DNA of 64,000 nt, taken from the IMG/VR virus record IMGVR_UViG_3300005542_000007, positions 64,001-128,000 of that record; one strand, written 5' to 3'. The stretch's first letter is position 1. Every line of letters starts with the position of its first letter. Below the pieces are notes generated by a model that had not been told where the DNA came from, made no database searches, and was given only the letters and a program-made list of their open reading frames with translations. Below, piece after piece: positions 54,742 to 62,510 of the stretch. Both the position numbers and the translations under genes were made by a program. The DNA comes from a virus.

Positions 54742-55023
54742 CTGTTACGATTGTCAGTATAAAGAAGAGCTTTATTTATTGAAAGCTTCGCAGGTAGCAC
54801 GACAACAACGGCTTGATATGGTCCTTCAAGAATTAGAAAAGGATCATTGGAGATTTGAAAAATATGCAAAATAGAAAGTGTGATTTTCCTCAGACCCCGG
54901 AATTTACACAATGTTCTAAAGGTGAATTGCGTAAGTTGAAAATTCTAGGAAATACCATTGGAGTATTTTGTCAGCTTCACTATCATGTAATGCAATTAAT
55001 CGTATGGCTGAAAATGAAAAAAC

Positions 55024-56415
55024 ATGCAAAATAAAGAACTCGAATATAATTTTCTGAAGCACGTTCTTACCGATCCCAAATGTGTCCTGAAGGTGCAGGA
55101 ACGTGGAGTTGACGAGAGCTTCTTCGATATACCGACAGTCTCTAAGCTCTTTGGAATCACCATCCGGTATTTCCAAGCTTACAGCGTACTTCCAACCTCT
55201 GCCGATGTTGAGTTGGTCCTTTCTTCCAGCAAATATACAGCAAACTTAGGCGATGATTTTAAAAAACAAATCGCGGTCCTCTTCTCCGAAGTGTCAATCC
55301 TTTCCAATCCTCCAAATTTTGATCTTCTCCTCGACGAGTTGATTCAGTACCACAAAACTAATTTGTTCCAGCAATCCTTGTTTGCTGCTACTGAAGCTCT
55401 CACCAACAACAGTACGGATAAAGCGATTGAAGCGGTTAAGAAGTCGCTTGCCTCCATCGATAAGATTTTTGCTTCCAATTATGATTTGAACGGCAGCATC
55501 GAAGATAATGCGAAACCCCTTTGGGACCAGTTTTTGGATGCAGAGCAACATCCAGAAAAGTACAAGGGAATCAACGTAGGGTTTGATGGATTTGACAAAC
55601 TCACTGGTGGATTGGTTGGTGGGACAGTTACGTTAATTATCGGCGGATGGAAAAGTGCAAAATCCGTTCTCTCAATGAATATGGCGCACAACGTTGCGAC
55701 AAGTGATTTTGCAACTAAGAGGGTTGGCAAGCGAGTGTTGTACCATGTTAACGAGGGGCGGTTCGAGTTGAACCAAGCTCGTCTTGCCTCCTGCGCCACT
55801 GGAATCAATTATACCAGATTGAGCAGAGCTTTGAGGGGCCGCGTTATCTTTACCCAGGCAGAAAGAGATTTGTACGAAAAGTATTTAAAGGGAGATGAAT
55901 TTAAAGAGTTGCGTCACAACCTCATTATCGATTCAGCACCTCCTATCGTTAGTTCCGCTCGTTATGTTGGAGCAAAGATTAAAGAACACAAACCAGAGTT
56001 TGTTATCATCGACTACTTGGGGCTTTTAGGAACGGACCAGAGAGTGAAAGACGATAATGAGAAATTGGGTAAAGTGTCATCTGAAATTGTAGGGTTGGCA
56101 ATTGAACACAACGTACCTATTATCCTGATTGCTCACGTCAATAGGAAAGCGAAACAAGCAGCCGATAAAAATAACGAGGATTATGACAGCGAAGATATGG
56201 GATTGAGTATCGAACCGATTAAGAACGTGGACGCTGTTGTATCCTGGAGGATTGAAGACCCGGAACAATTTAAGCAAACACACAAGGGCATTGGAACGTT
56301 GGCAATTAGAGATGCCAGGAACGTAGAGACAGGAACGTGTCAGCTTTTGGTTGACACAAATTCGATGAGTATAAAGAACATCATTTATGGTGGGATGGGT
56401 GGGCAGCAGCCGTGA
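55024..56415 (+). CDS. Replicative helicase, DnaB-like
   Basis: GF.GFDKLTGGL..G...IIGG...AKS, VIIDYLGLL, IAHVNR, I..VD.V. Confidence 0.82.
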   Translation: MQNKELEYNFLKHVLTDPKCVLKVQERGVDESFFDIPTVSKLFGITIRYFQAYSVLPTSADVELVLSSSKYTANLGDDFKKQIAVLFSEVSILSNPPNFDLLLDELIQYHKTNLFQQSLFAATEALTNNSTDKAIEAVKKSLASIDKIFASNYDLNGSIEDNAKPLWDQFLDAEQHPEKYKGINVGFDGFDKLTGGLVGGTVTLIIGGWKSAKSVLSMNMAHNVATSDFATKRVGKRVLYHVNEGRFELNQARLASCATGINYTRLSRALRGRVIFTQAERDLYEKYLKGDEFKELRHNLIIDSAPPIVSSARYVGAKIKEHKPEFVIIDYLGLLGTDQRVKDDNEKLGKVSSEIVGLAIEHNVPIILIAHVNRKAKQAADKNNEDYDSEDMGLSIEPIKNVDAVVSWRIEDPEQFKQTHKGIGTLAIRDARNVETGTCQLLVDTNSMSIKNIIYGGMGGQQP

Positions 56416-56573
56416 GTGATAAAGACAGACCCTGCAAAAACTGTGGAAGACCTGGATATTACCCCGTACATGACATTGTAGGTAGATGCCCAAATCGCAA
56501 TTTTTCATATTACGCACCAAAAGACAATCTCGATTACGTCGAGTGGCTTGCAGAGAAGAGAGGATTGGTATGA
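56412..56573 (+). CDS. DNL-tail Cys/His family member 6 (not in ORF track)
   Basis: MSDKDRPCKNCG...H...C...DNLDYVEWLAEKRGLV, 53 aa. Confidence 0.7.
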   Translation: MSDKDRPCKNCGRPGYYPVHDIVGRCPNRNFSYYAPKDNLDYVEWLAEKRGLV

Positions 56574-56686
56574 AGTTTAAATGCCCAAAAGGACATGCAA
56601 GAATGGAGTTGGTTATGGGTGTTGCTGGTGCTTATTGTGGCATCTGTGATAGGATTTACAGTTTTGCACAATTAAAAAAGGATTAA
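56570..56686 (+). CDS. Tiny Zn-ribbon protein
   Basis: MKFKCPKGH...YCGICD; ATG overlaps member 6 stop. Confidence 0.45.
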   Translation: MKFKCPKGHARMELVMGVAGAYCGICDRIYSFAQLKKD

Positions 56687-56690
56687 TAGA

Positions 56691-57482
56691 ATGAGTTTAC
56701 TTAAACACATTTACAATTGGCGTAGGGATCTTCCAGACTGGAGAGATAAACGATACAGGGAGCATCGTTTGCTTGGAGCGTTGCCTCCCCCACCTCCAAT
56801 AGTGGATTTGCGTCAACAATGCAGCCCAGTGGAAGACCAAGGACAATTGGGTTCCTGTACATCCTTTGCTTGGGCAGGAATGCTTGAGTTTCTTGAATTG
56901 CAAGCTTTAAATAATAAAGTTGCTTCTCCTGAAATCCTCACCCCAACTTATACGCCCTTCTCCCATCTTTTCATTTATTACAATGAACGCTTTATTGATG
57001 GGGATGTGAGTCAAGATGGTGGATCACAATTGAGGACAGGAGCACAGGCTGTTGCAACTTATGGAGACTGTAGTGAACCCACTTGGCCGTATCAGATTGA
57101 ACAGGTATTTGTTAAACCCTCTGATGTTGCTTTTGCTGAAGCAGCTAATCACAAAATCAGCGTCTACTCCAGGCTGGAATCGGCTGAGGATTACAAAGCG
57201 TGTTTAGCTGAAGGATTTCCTTTTGTATTTGGTGCGACCTTATACGAGAGTTTTGAAAGTGGAGTTATAGCTTCCACAGGTATTGTTCCAATGCCTTCAA
57301 TGAACGAAAGTGACATTGGTGGACACGCAATCCTTTGTGTTGGGTACGATGAAACAAAGCAGCATTATATTGTGCGTAATTCTTGGGGAACGGGCTGGGG
57401 CGATAAAGGGTATTGTTACTTTCCAATGGAATATATGGAAAACCCAGACCTTTGTTCAGATATGTGGACGGCAAGGAAATAG
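56691..57482 (+). CDS. C1A papain-family cysteine peptidase
   Basis: VEDQGQLGSCTSF, GGHAILCVGY, RNSWG..WG.KGY. Confidence 0.93.
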   Translation: MSLLKHIYNWRRDLPDWRDKRYREHRLLGALPPPPPIVDLRQQCSPVEDQGQLGSCTSFAWAGMLEFLELQALNNKVASPEILTPTYTPFSHLFIYYNERFIDGDVSQDGGSQLRTGAQAVATYGDCSEPTWPYQIEQVFVKPSDVAFAEAANHKISVYSRLESAEDYKACLAEGFPFVFGATLYESFESGVIASTGIVPMPSMNESDIGGHAILCVGYDETKQHYIVRNSWGTGWGDKGYCYFPMEYMENPDLCSDMWTARK

Positions 57483-57483
57483 A

Positions 57484-57681
57484 ATGGAAGATTGGAAACT
57501 TCCTTGCACTTGTAAGCACAATAAAAATGCCCACCGAGGATTTCGTAGTATATATGGAGAATTTCATCGTACAGGTTGTAGACACAAATATTCTGATTTT
57601 TCAAGTTGCATTTGTTTTGGATTCAAACTCGACAACCTCAAACTAATAGAAGACTTAGCGAAAGAAAAAGGTTTGGTATGA
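57484..57681 (+). CDS. DNL-tail Cys/His family member 7
   Basis: PCTCKH...H...CIC...DNLKLIEDLAKEKGLV. Confidence 0.7.
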   Translation: MEDWKLPCTCKHNKNAHRGFRSIYGEFHRTGCRHKYSDFSSCICFGFKLDNLKLIEDLAKEKGLV

Positions 57682-57842
57682 CCGATTATTGCATGTGTGG
57701 GCACATGCAGTACAAACATCAAAAAGCTGAACGTTTTAACACAAATGGATTGTTTTATTGTTTTGATTGCGACTGTATGAAGTACAAACTCGACAATCTA
57801 AGATTTATTGAAGACGAAGCGAAAGAACGAGGGCTTGTATGA
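57678..57842 (+). CDS. DNL-tail Cys/His family member 8
   Basis: CMCGH...H...CDC...DNLRFIEDEAKERGLV. Confidence 0.7.
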   Translation: MTDYCMCGHMQYKHQKAERFNTNGLFYCFDCDCMKYKLDNLRFIEDEAKERGLV

Positions 57843-58357
57843 AAACCTGCCTTGAAGTAATTGAAGAATATGGAATCGAACTTAAAGATTTGGGAAAAGA
57901 CTTAGCTCGTGGATACTGTAAAATCCATAATGACGTTGCTAGTGGAAAGCCTCAGTTCACCTACTATAAAAATAACGATTCTTGGTTCTGCTTCCGTTGT
58001 GGGATAGGTGGAGATGCAATACGACTTGTTGCCGAGATGGAACACATTTCGTATGCCGAAGCCAAGAAACGATTAGTAGGAACAGAAGCCGAACAATTAG
58101 AAGAGTTGAGGGAGACGCTTGATAGTTTGGATGTTGACATCAGCCAAAGCTACAACCTCCAGCTTAATTTAACTCTCCGTCCTAAGTTCCGTGATCTTCT
58201 TTATAAATACCCAGAGCATCAGCAAGATATTTTAAACGCGATGAAAGCTCTCGATGAAGAGTTGAAGAATAAAATTAATTTTACTAAGATGGGCGAATTA
58301 TTTGAACGATTTAAATTATTCAGTGAGCAGATAGTTGCAGAATCAAGCAGGGTATGA
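57839..58357 (+). CDS. CHC2 zinc-finger protein (primase Zn-binding domain-like)
   Basis: GYCKIH.D...P.F...WFCFRCG.GGDAI..V...E..S..EA. Confidence 0.85.
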   Translation: MKTCLEVIEEYGIELKDLGKDLARGYCKIHNDVASGKPQFTYYKNNDSWFCFRCGIGGDAIRLVAEMEHISYAEAKKRLVGTEAEQLEELRETLDSLDVDISQSYNLQLNLTLRPKFRDLLYKYPEHQQDILNAMKALDEELKNKINFTKMGELFERFKLFSEQIVAESSRV

Positions 58358-58363
58358 TATAGT
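58335..58363 (+). promoter_or_regulatory. Putative sigma70 promoter, leaderless
   Basis: TTGCAG-17-TATAGT with TG extension; ATG 6 nt downstream. Confidence 0.55.
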
Positions 58364-58369
58364 TGGTGT

Positions 58370-58573
58370 ATGGAAGAATTAGGTAGAAGAGATTGGGAAC
58401 TTCCTTGTATTTGTGGGCATATAAATAAAGAGCATCGACATATGAACAGGGAAGCAGATCGATGGAAATATACAACTAAAGTTTGTTGGAGCAAGTATTG
58501 TATTTGCTTTGAATTCAAACTCGATAATCTCGCATATGTCGAGCAGGTAGCCAGAGCTAGAGGATTGGTATGA
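58370..58573 (+). CDS. DNL-tail Cys/His family member 9
   Basis: PCICGH...H...CIC...DNLAYVEQVARARGLV. Confidence 0.7.
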   Translation: MEELGRRDWELPCICGHINKEHRHMNREADRWKYTTKVCWSKYCICFEFKLDNLAYVEQVARARGLV

Positions 58574-58767
58574 AAGAATTTAAGATTCAAAAACGCTACA
58601 ATAAAAGCGTGAAGCTTTCTGACGGCTCCTACCACAGTTTTGGAACAGAGCTTGAAACGACTGTGAATGTATCCAGTGGTGAAGAGCTTTTAGCTGAAAG
58701 CAATAAGCTGTTTGGACAATGCAAGTTTCTTGTTGAAGAAGATATTAAAAATACATTGGGACAATAA
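58570..58767 (+). CDS. Hypothetical protein
   Basis: 65 aa, coupled to member 9. Confidence 0.5.
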   Translation: MKEFKIQKRYNKSVKLSDGSYHSFGTELETTVNVSSGEELLAESNKLFGQCKFLVEEDIKNTLGQ

Positions 58768-59067
58768 ATGTCGAACCTTAAAAAGTGGACACAGAAAGAC
58801 GGTACGAAGATTCGAATCAAAGATATGACGGATAAGCATTTGGTTAACGCCGCGAAGATGCTTTTAAGAATGGCAGAAGCAGAAAAGAATGAAACATTGG
58901 GTTACTATCCATCTTTTAATCCAGATTCAATGGCAGCATATTACTCAGAACAATCATGGGATAATTTAAATGAGATGGATATCCAAGAGTATGCCGAAAT
59001 GGAATACCCAATATTTAACGATTTGCTATGGGAAGTGTATAGGAGAAAATTGGAGAATAAAATATGA
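58768..59067 (+). CDS. Conserved phage hypothetical protein
   Basis: W..KDG..I.IKDM...HL.NA motif. Confidence 0.55.
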   Translation: MSNLKKWTQKDGTKIRIKDMTDKHLVNAAKMLLRMAEAEKNETLGYYPSFNPDSMAAYYSEQSWDNLNEMDIQEYAEMEYPIFNDLLWEVYRRKLENKI

Positions 59068-59594
59068 AACTTTTAACTGAAGCTGAAATGCAGGAACGTC
59101 TTGGAGAAGTGGCTACGTCCAGGGTTGCCCTTGACCCAGACCCAACAGTTAATGGCGTACTTTCACTCAATAAGAAGCTGGCTGAAATTCAATTGTTTAA
59201 AGACCGTTTAAGCTATTTGATTACGGAAGCGTTGCACAATTCAAATACAGCCGAGGTGTTATTTGAAGAGCTTAAGGGCGAACACGACCGCGCCTTGGAA
59301 GTACTTCTCGCAACTGATTCGACCGTGCAAGCTCAAAAATCTGCCGAGATGCGAAACGCCACCGCGAAGCAAAAGATCGCTGAACAGGTTCTCAGACTTC
59401 ATCACGCTGAAATTGATTTGCTTAAAGCTCAGGGATATTTGAAAGTTCTCCAGTCAATTCATTTGAATCTGGAAAGTTGCAACTCTAATTTGTCAAGGCA
59501 AATTACCGTGATCCAGCTTGCGACTGGAATGGGCGAAATACAAAGATCTGCAAACGGAATACAACCAGCAGGACAGATAACAAAAACGTATTAA
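59064..59594 (+). CDS. Coiled-coil protein (possibly recombination mediator)
   Basis: All-helical 176 aa upstream of SSB-like and recA genes. Confidence 0.45.
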   Translation: MKLLTEAEMQERLGEVATSRVALDPDPTVNGVLSLNKKLAEIQLFKDRLSYLITEALHNSNTAEVLFEELKGEHDRALEVLLATDSTVQAQKSAEMRNATAKQKIAEQVLRLHHAEIDLLKAQGYLKVLQSIHLNLESCNSNLSRQITVIQLATGMGEIQRSANGIQPAGQITKTY

Positions 59595-59595
59595 G

Positions 59596-59787
59596 ATGCC
59601 AAGGCTAAAAGGTAGCAAAGATAAGAAACCGAGAAAGAGTAGAGGTAAAGATAAGTTGTGCTCAAAAGGACACGATATATCTGTTGTAGGGCGTAACTCA
59701 AGTGGGCATTGTAATGAATGCCATAAGGAATATTACCAGAAACGTTGGGAATTTATTAAGCAGAATTTTAATGAAAAGCAACCTTAA
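59596..59787 (+). CDS. Small basic Zn-binding protein
   Basis: PRLKGSKDKKPRK; CSKGH...CNEC. Confidence 0.5.
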   Translation: MPRLKGSKDKKPRKSRGKDKLCSKGHDISVVGRNSSGHCNECHKEYYQKRWEFIKQNFNEKQP

Positions 59788-59826
59788 AAGTATAATAAAA
59801 TGTGGTATTATTAGGACGTACTATAC
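59782..59826 (+). promoter_or_regulatory. Second copy of the 45-nt element
   Basis: 40/45 identity to 12421-12465. Confidence 0.6.
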
Positions 59827-59858
59827 GTCCCACTATTATAATTTTAAGGAGAACTAAA

Positions 59859-60701
59859 ATGGGTATGTTATTAAATATGGTTGGACAAAGATACGTTAGA
59901 TTGGCAGTTAAAGCTTTCAGTCATTTGGATGATAATGGCAATTCATACTGGCTTTGCAGGTGTAATTGTGGAACAGAAAAGATTATTCAGCGTAGTAATT
60001 TGTTGGTTGGTAACGCCAAATCCTGTGGGTGTTTAGGCCGAGAAATCCATTCCAAACTTCACAAAGTCCATGGAATGTCTCACACGCCAGAACACAAGGC
60101 TTGGGGTTCTATGATTGAACGTTGTTATGATGTAAATAATCCACGGTATAAGGATTACGGTGGAAGAGGAATTACAATTTGTAAAAAGTGGTTGGAGCCG
60201 CAAGGAATTGGATTTATGAACTTTTACGAAGACATTGGGCCTAAGCCGTCAAAAAGACATAGTTTGGATAGGAAAGATAACGAGGGTAACTACGAACCTG
60301 GGAATGTTAAATGGTCAACTCCAAAACAACAAGCTAGAAATACACGAATGTCTACACAAACCAAAAATAAAGCGGAGCATAAGTATCAGAGAAGTCGTTT
60401 AATGTCGTTTTTAAATAAGTTGGTAAGTGAAAAAGTGTTTCCTCAATTGTTTGAAGAAAACTTTGGAATTTCGGTAAGCGGGTTCAAACAATACATCGAA
60501 TCCAAATTTCAACCAGGAATGACTTGGAAGAATCATGGTAGAGGTGTTGGAAAATGGCAGTTCGATCACATCATCGGTTGTAACAATTTTGATTTGAGCA
60601 AAGAAGAAGATCGTAAGACTTGTTTCAATTATACAAATTTCCAGCCCTTGTGGTGGGAAGAACACAAACATAAAAATAAGAAATTACTTAAAATACAATA
60701 A
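59859..60701 (+). mobile_element. Homing endonuclease with two HNH-type domains
   Basis: AAGGAG RBS; WLCRCNCG, YGGRGI, SLDRKDN.GNYEPGN; then YIESKF..MTW.N.G..WQFDHI...NYTNFQPLW. Confidence 0.82.
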
Positions 60702-60719
60702 CTAAGGAGAACAACAGTC

Positions 60720-61370
60720 ATGCTTTCAACAATTACAAAAGGTGAGTATAAGAACGATCCAATTCCCGACAATGTTTATTTGGCGAAGCTTTTAAACGTT
60801 AAGGAGAAGCCAGCCCCGGAAGCGCACCCAGATTGGTACCCTTCTTTAAGCTGGACATTCGAAATCCTTCAAGACCCATTCAAGAAACGCCGAGCGTGGG
60901 GCAAAACGCCGACCTCATGGATTGCCGGAAAGAAACTTGACAATTGGTTGGTTACATGTGGAATTAACGTGGCCAAAGGTACAAGCCTTAAGATTGAAGA
61001 TCTGAAAGACATTTACGTGAAGATCTTGGTTAAAAGCAAACCATACGATGATCCACAAACGAAAGAGAAGAAAACGTTCCAATCAGTAATTGAGCTTCTT
61101 CCTTTGGATAGTTTGGATCAGATTAAGATCAGAGAGTTGGCAATGACAGCACCTCCTTCCGCTGTAGGAATGCAGCCAGTTGCTTCACAGCAACCTACTA
61201 TTCCTGTGTCCCAGACCACAACAGGATTTGTGGTTCCAATGACAACCTCTTCCCCCGTATCTAATGTTGTTCCTGGGCCAGTAAGTGCTCCGGCTACTTT
61301 TTCACCACAACCGACATTTACACCAGCGCCCCAGGTTACAGGTACGCCGAGTAGAACGATACCGTTCTAA
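60720..61370 (+). CDS. Putative single-stranded DNA-binding protein
   Basis: OB-like N-domain (IPDNVYLAKL...WTFEI), low-complexity tail ending IPF. Confidence 0.6.
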   Translation: MLSTITKGEYKNDPIPDNVYLAKLLNVKEKPAPEAHPDWYPSLSWTFEILQDPFKKRRAWGKTPTSWIAGKKLDNWLVTCGINVAKGTSLKIEDLKDIYVKILVKSKPYDDPQTKEKKTFQSVIELLPLDSLDQIKIRELAMTAPPSAVGMQPVASQQPTIPVSQTTTGFVVPMTTSSPVSNVVPGPVSAPATFSPQPTFTPAPQVTGTPSRTIPF

Positions 61371-61373
61371 CGA

Positions 61374-61541
61374 ATGGAAGAGAAGTGCATTTGTAAGCAT
61401 TTAAGAAGCAGCCATTGGTGGCATTACAAAGAAGACGGTAGAACGAAAAAGCCTTGCTTATCTTGGTGTCCTTGCAAAGGATTTGCTTTAGATAACTTGG
61501 AATATATTGAACGATTAGCCAAGGAGCATAATTTAATATGA
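61374..61541 (+). CDS. DNL-tail Cys/His family member 10 (not in ORF track)
   Basis: MEEKCICKH...H...CPC...DNLEYIERLAKEHNLI, 55 aa; stop overlaps recA ATG. Confidence 0.7.
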   Translation: MEEKCICKHLRSSHWWHYKEDGRTKKPCLSWCPCKGFALDNLEYIERLAKEHNLI

Positions 61542-62509
61542 GTGAACAAGCCGACCTTAAAAAGTTTTTAGCCGCACTCTCCAAAACCCATGAAATAATT
61601 ATCAGTCAGATCAAGGATATGGAAAGACCCGTTATTGAAGCCCTTCCCAGTGGATCTTTCACAATCGATCACGCTATGGGAATTGGTGGGTATCCTCGTG
61701 GCCGTATTATTGAAATCTTTGGTCAACCTTCTGGCGGGAAGACAACTGTATCGTTGCTGGCGATTGCGGAGACACAGAAGAATGGTGGGACTTGTGCATT
61801 CATTGATGTGGAGCACTCTTTGGACTTGGATTGGGCAGCAAAGCTGGGCGTTGATGTTCCCAAGCTTATTTTTACCCAGCCAGATTCAGGTGAACAAGCC
61901 CTTAATGTGGTAGAAGAGTTGGCAGGTAGCGGGTTGGTTGATTTGATTGTTTTGGACTCCGTAGCGGCCCTTACACCACAATCAGAAATTGATGGAGAGA
62001 TTGGCGACCAGCAAATGGCAGTGATGGCTAGGATGATGGGGCAAGCGTTGCGTAAGTTGGTTCCCGTTGTCAGTAAATCTAAGAGTGCTTTAGTGTTCAT
62101 CAATCAGGTTAGGGAAGGTTTAAATCCCTATGGAGAGAAAGAAGTTACCCCAGGTGGTAAGGCTCTAAAATTCTTCAGTAGTATTCGCTTGTCAGTTAAG
62201 AAGATGAGTGGGTCAGACATTAAAGATGGTGAGAGGATTGTTGGGCACAGGATTGAAATTAGCGTGAAGAAGAACAAAGTAGCTCCTCCATTTCAGAAGG
62301 CAGAACTTACATTGAACTTCCTTAGTGGGATTGATAGAGTTGACGAGTTGTGTACCCTCGGGTTAATGACAGAAGTTATTACGCAAGCAGGGCCCATGTA
62401 TAGAGTTGGACGGGTTACTGCTAAGGGGTATGACGATCTCGTTGGGCAGGTTCGTCCAGATTTAGAATTGCAGAAAGAGATTTGGAAAGCGATTAAGGAG
62501 AAGAAATAA
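61538..62509 (+). CDS. recA: RecA recombinase
   Basis: GGYPRGRIIEIFG.PSGGKTT, DSVAAL, FINQVRE, PGGKALKF, KNKVAPPF. Confidence 0.97.
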   Translation: MSEQADLKKFLAALSKTHEIIISQIKDMERPVIEALPSGSFTIDHAMGIGGYPRGRIIEIFGQPSGGKTTVSLLAIAETQKNGGTCAFIDVEHSLDLDWAAKLGVDVPKLIFTQPDSGEQALNVVEELAGSGLVDLIVLDSVAALTPQSEIDGEIGDQQMAVMARMMGQALRKLVPVVSKSKSALVFINQVREGLNPYGEKEVTPGGKALKFFSSIRLSVKKMSGSDIKDGERIVGHRIEISVKKNKVAPPFQKAELTLNFLSGIDRVDELCTLGLMTEVITQAGPMYRVGRVTAKGYDDLVGQVRPDLELQKEIWKAIKEKK

Positions 62510-62510
62510 C

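Noticed and set aside
38005-61541. DNL tails as a DNA repeat, MITE or CRISPR-like array
   Set aside because: Nucleotide sequences diverge at synonymous sites; no terminal inverted repeats or regular spacing; conservation is at protein level
55024-62509. Inteins or introns in helicase or recA
   Set aside because: Lengths are normal and motifs are contiguous; no intein terminal motifs seen
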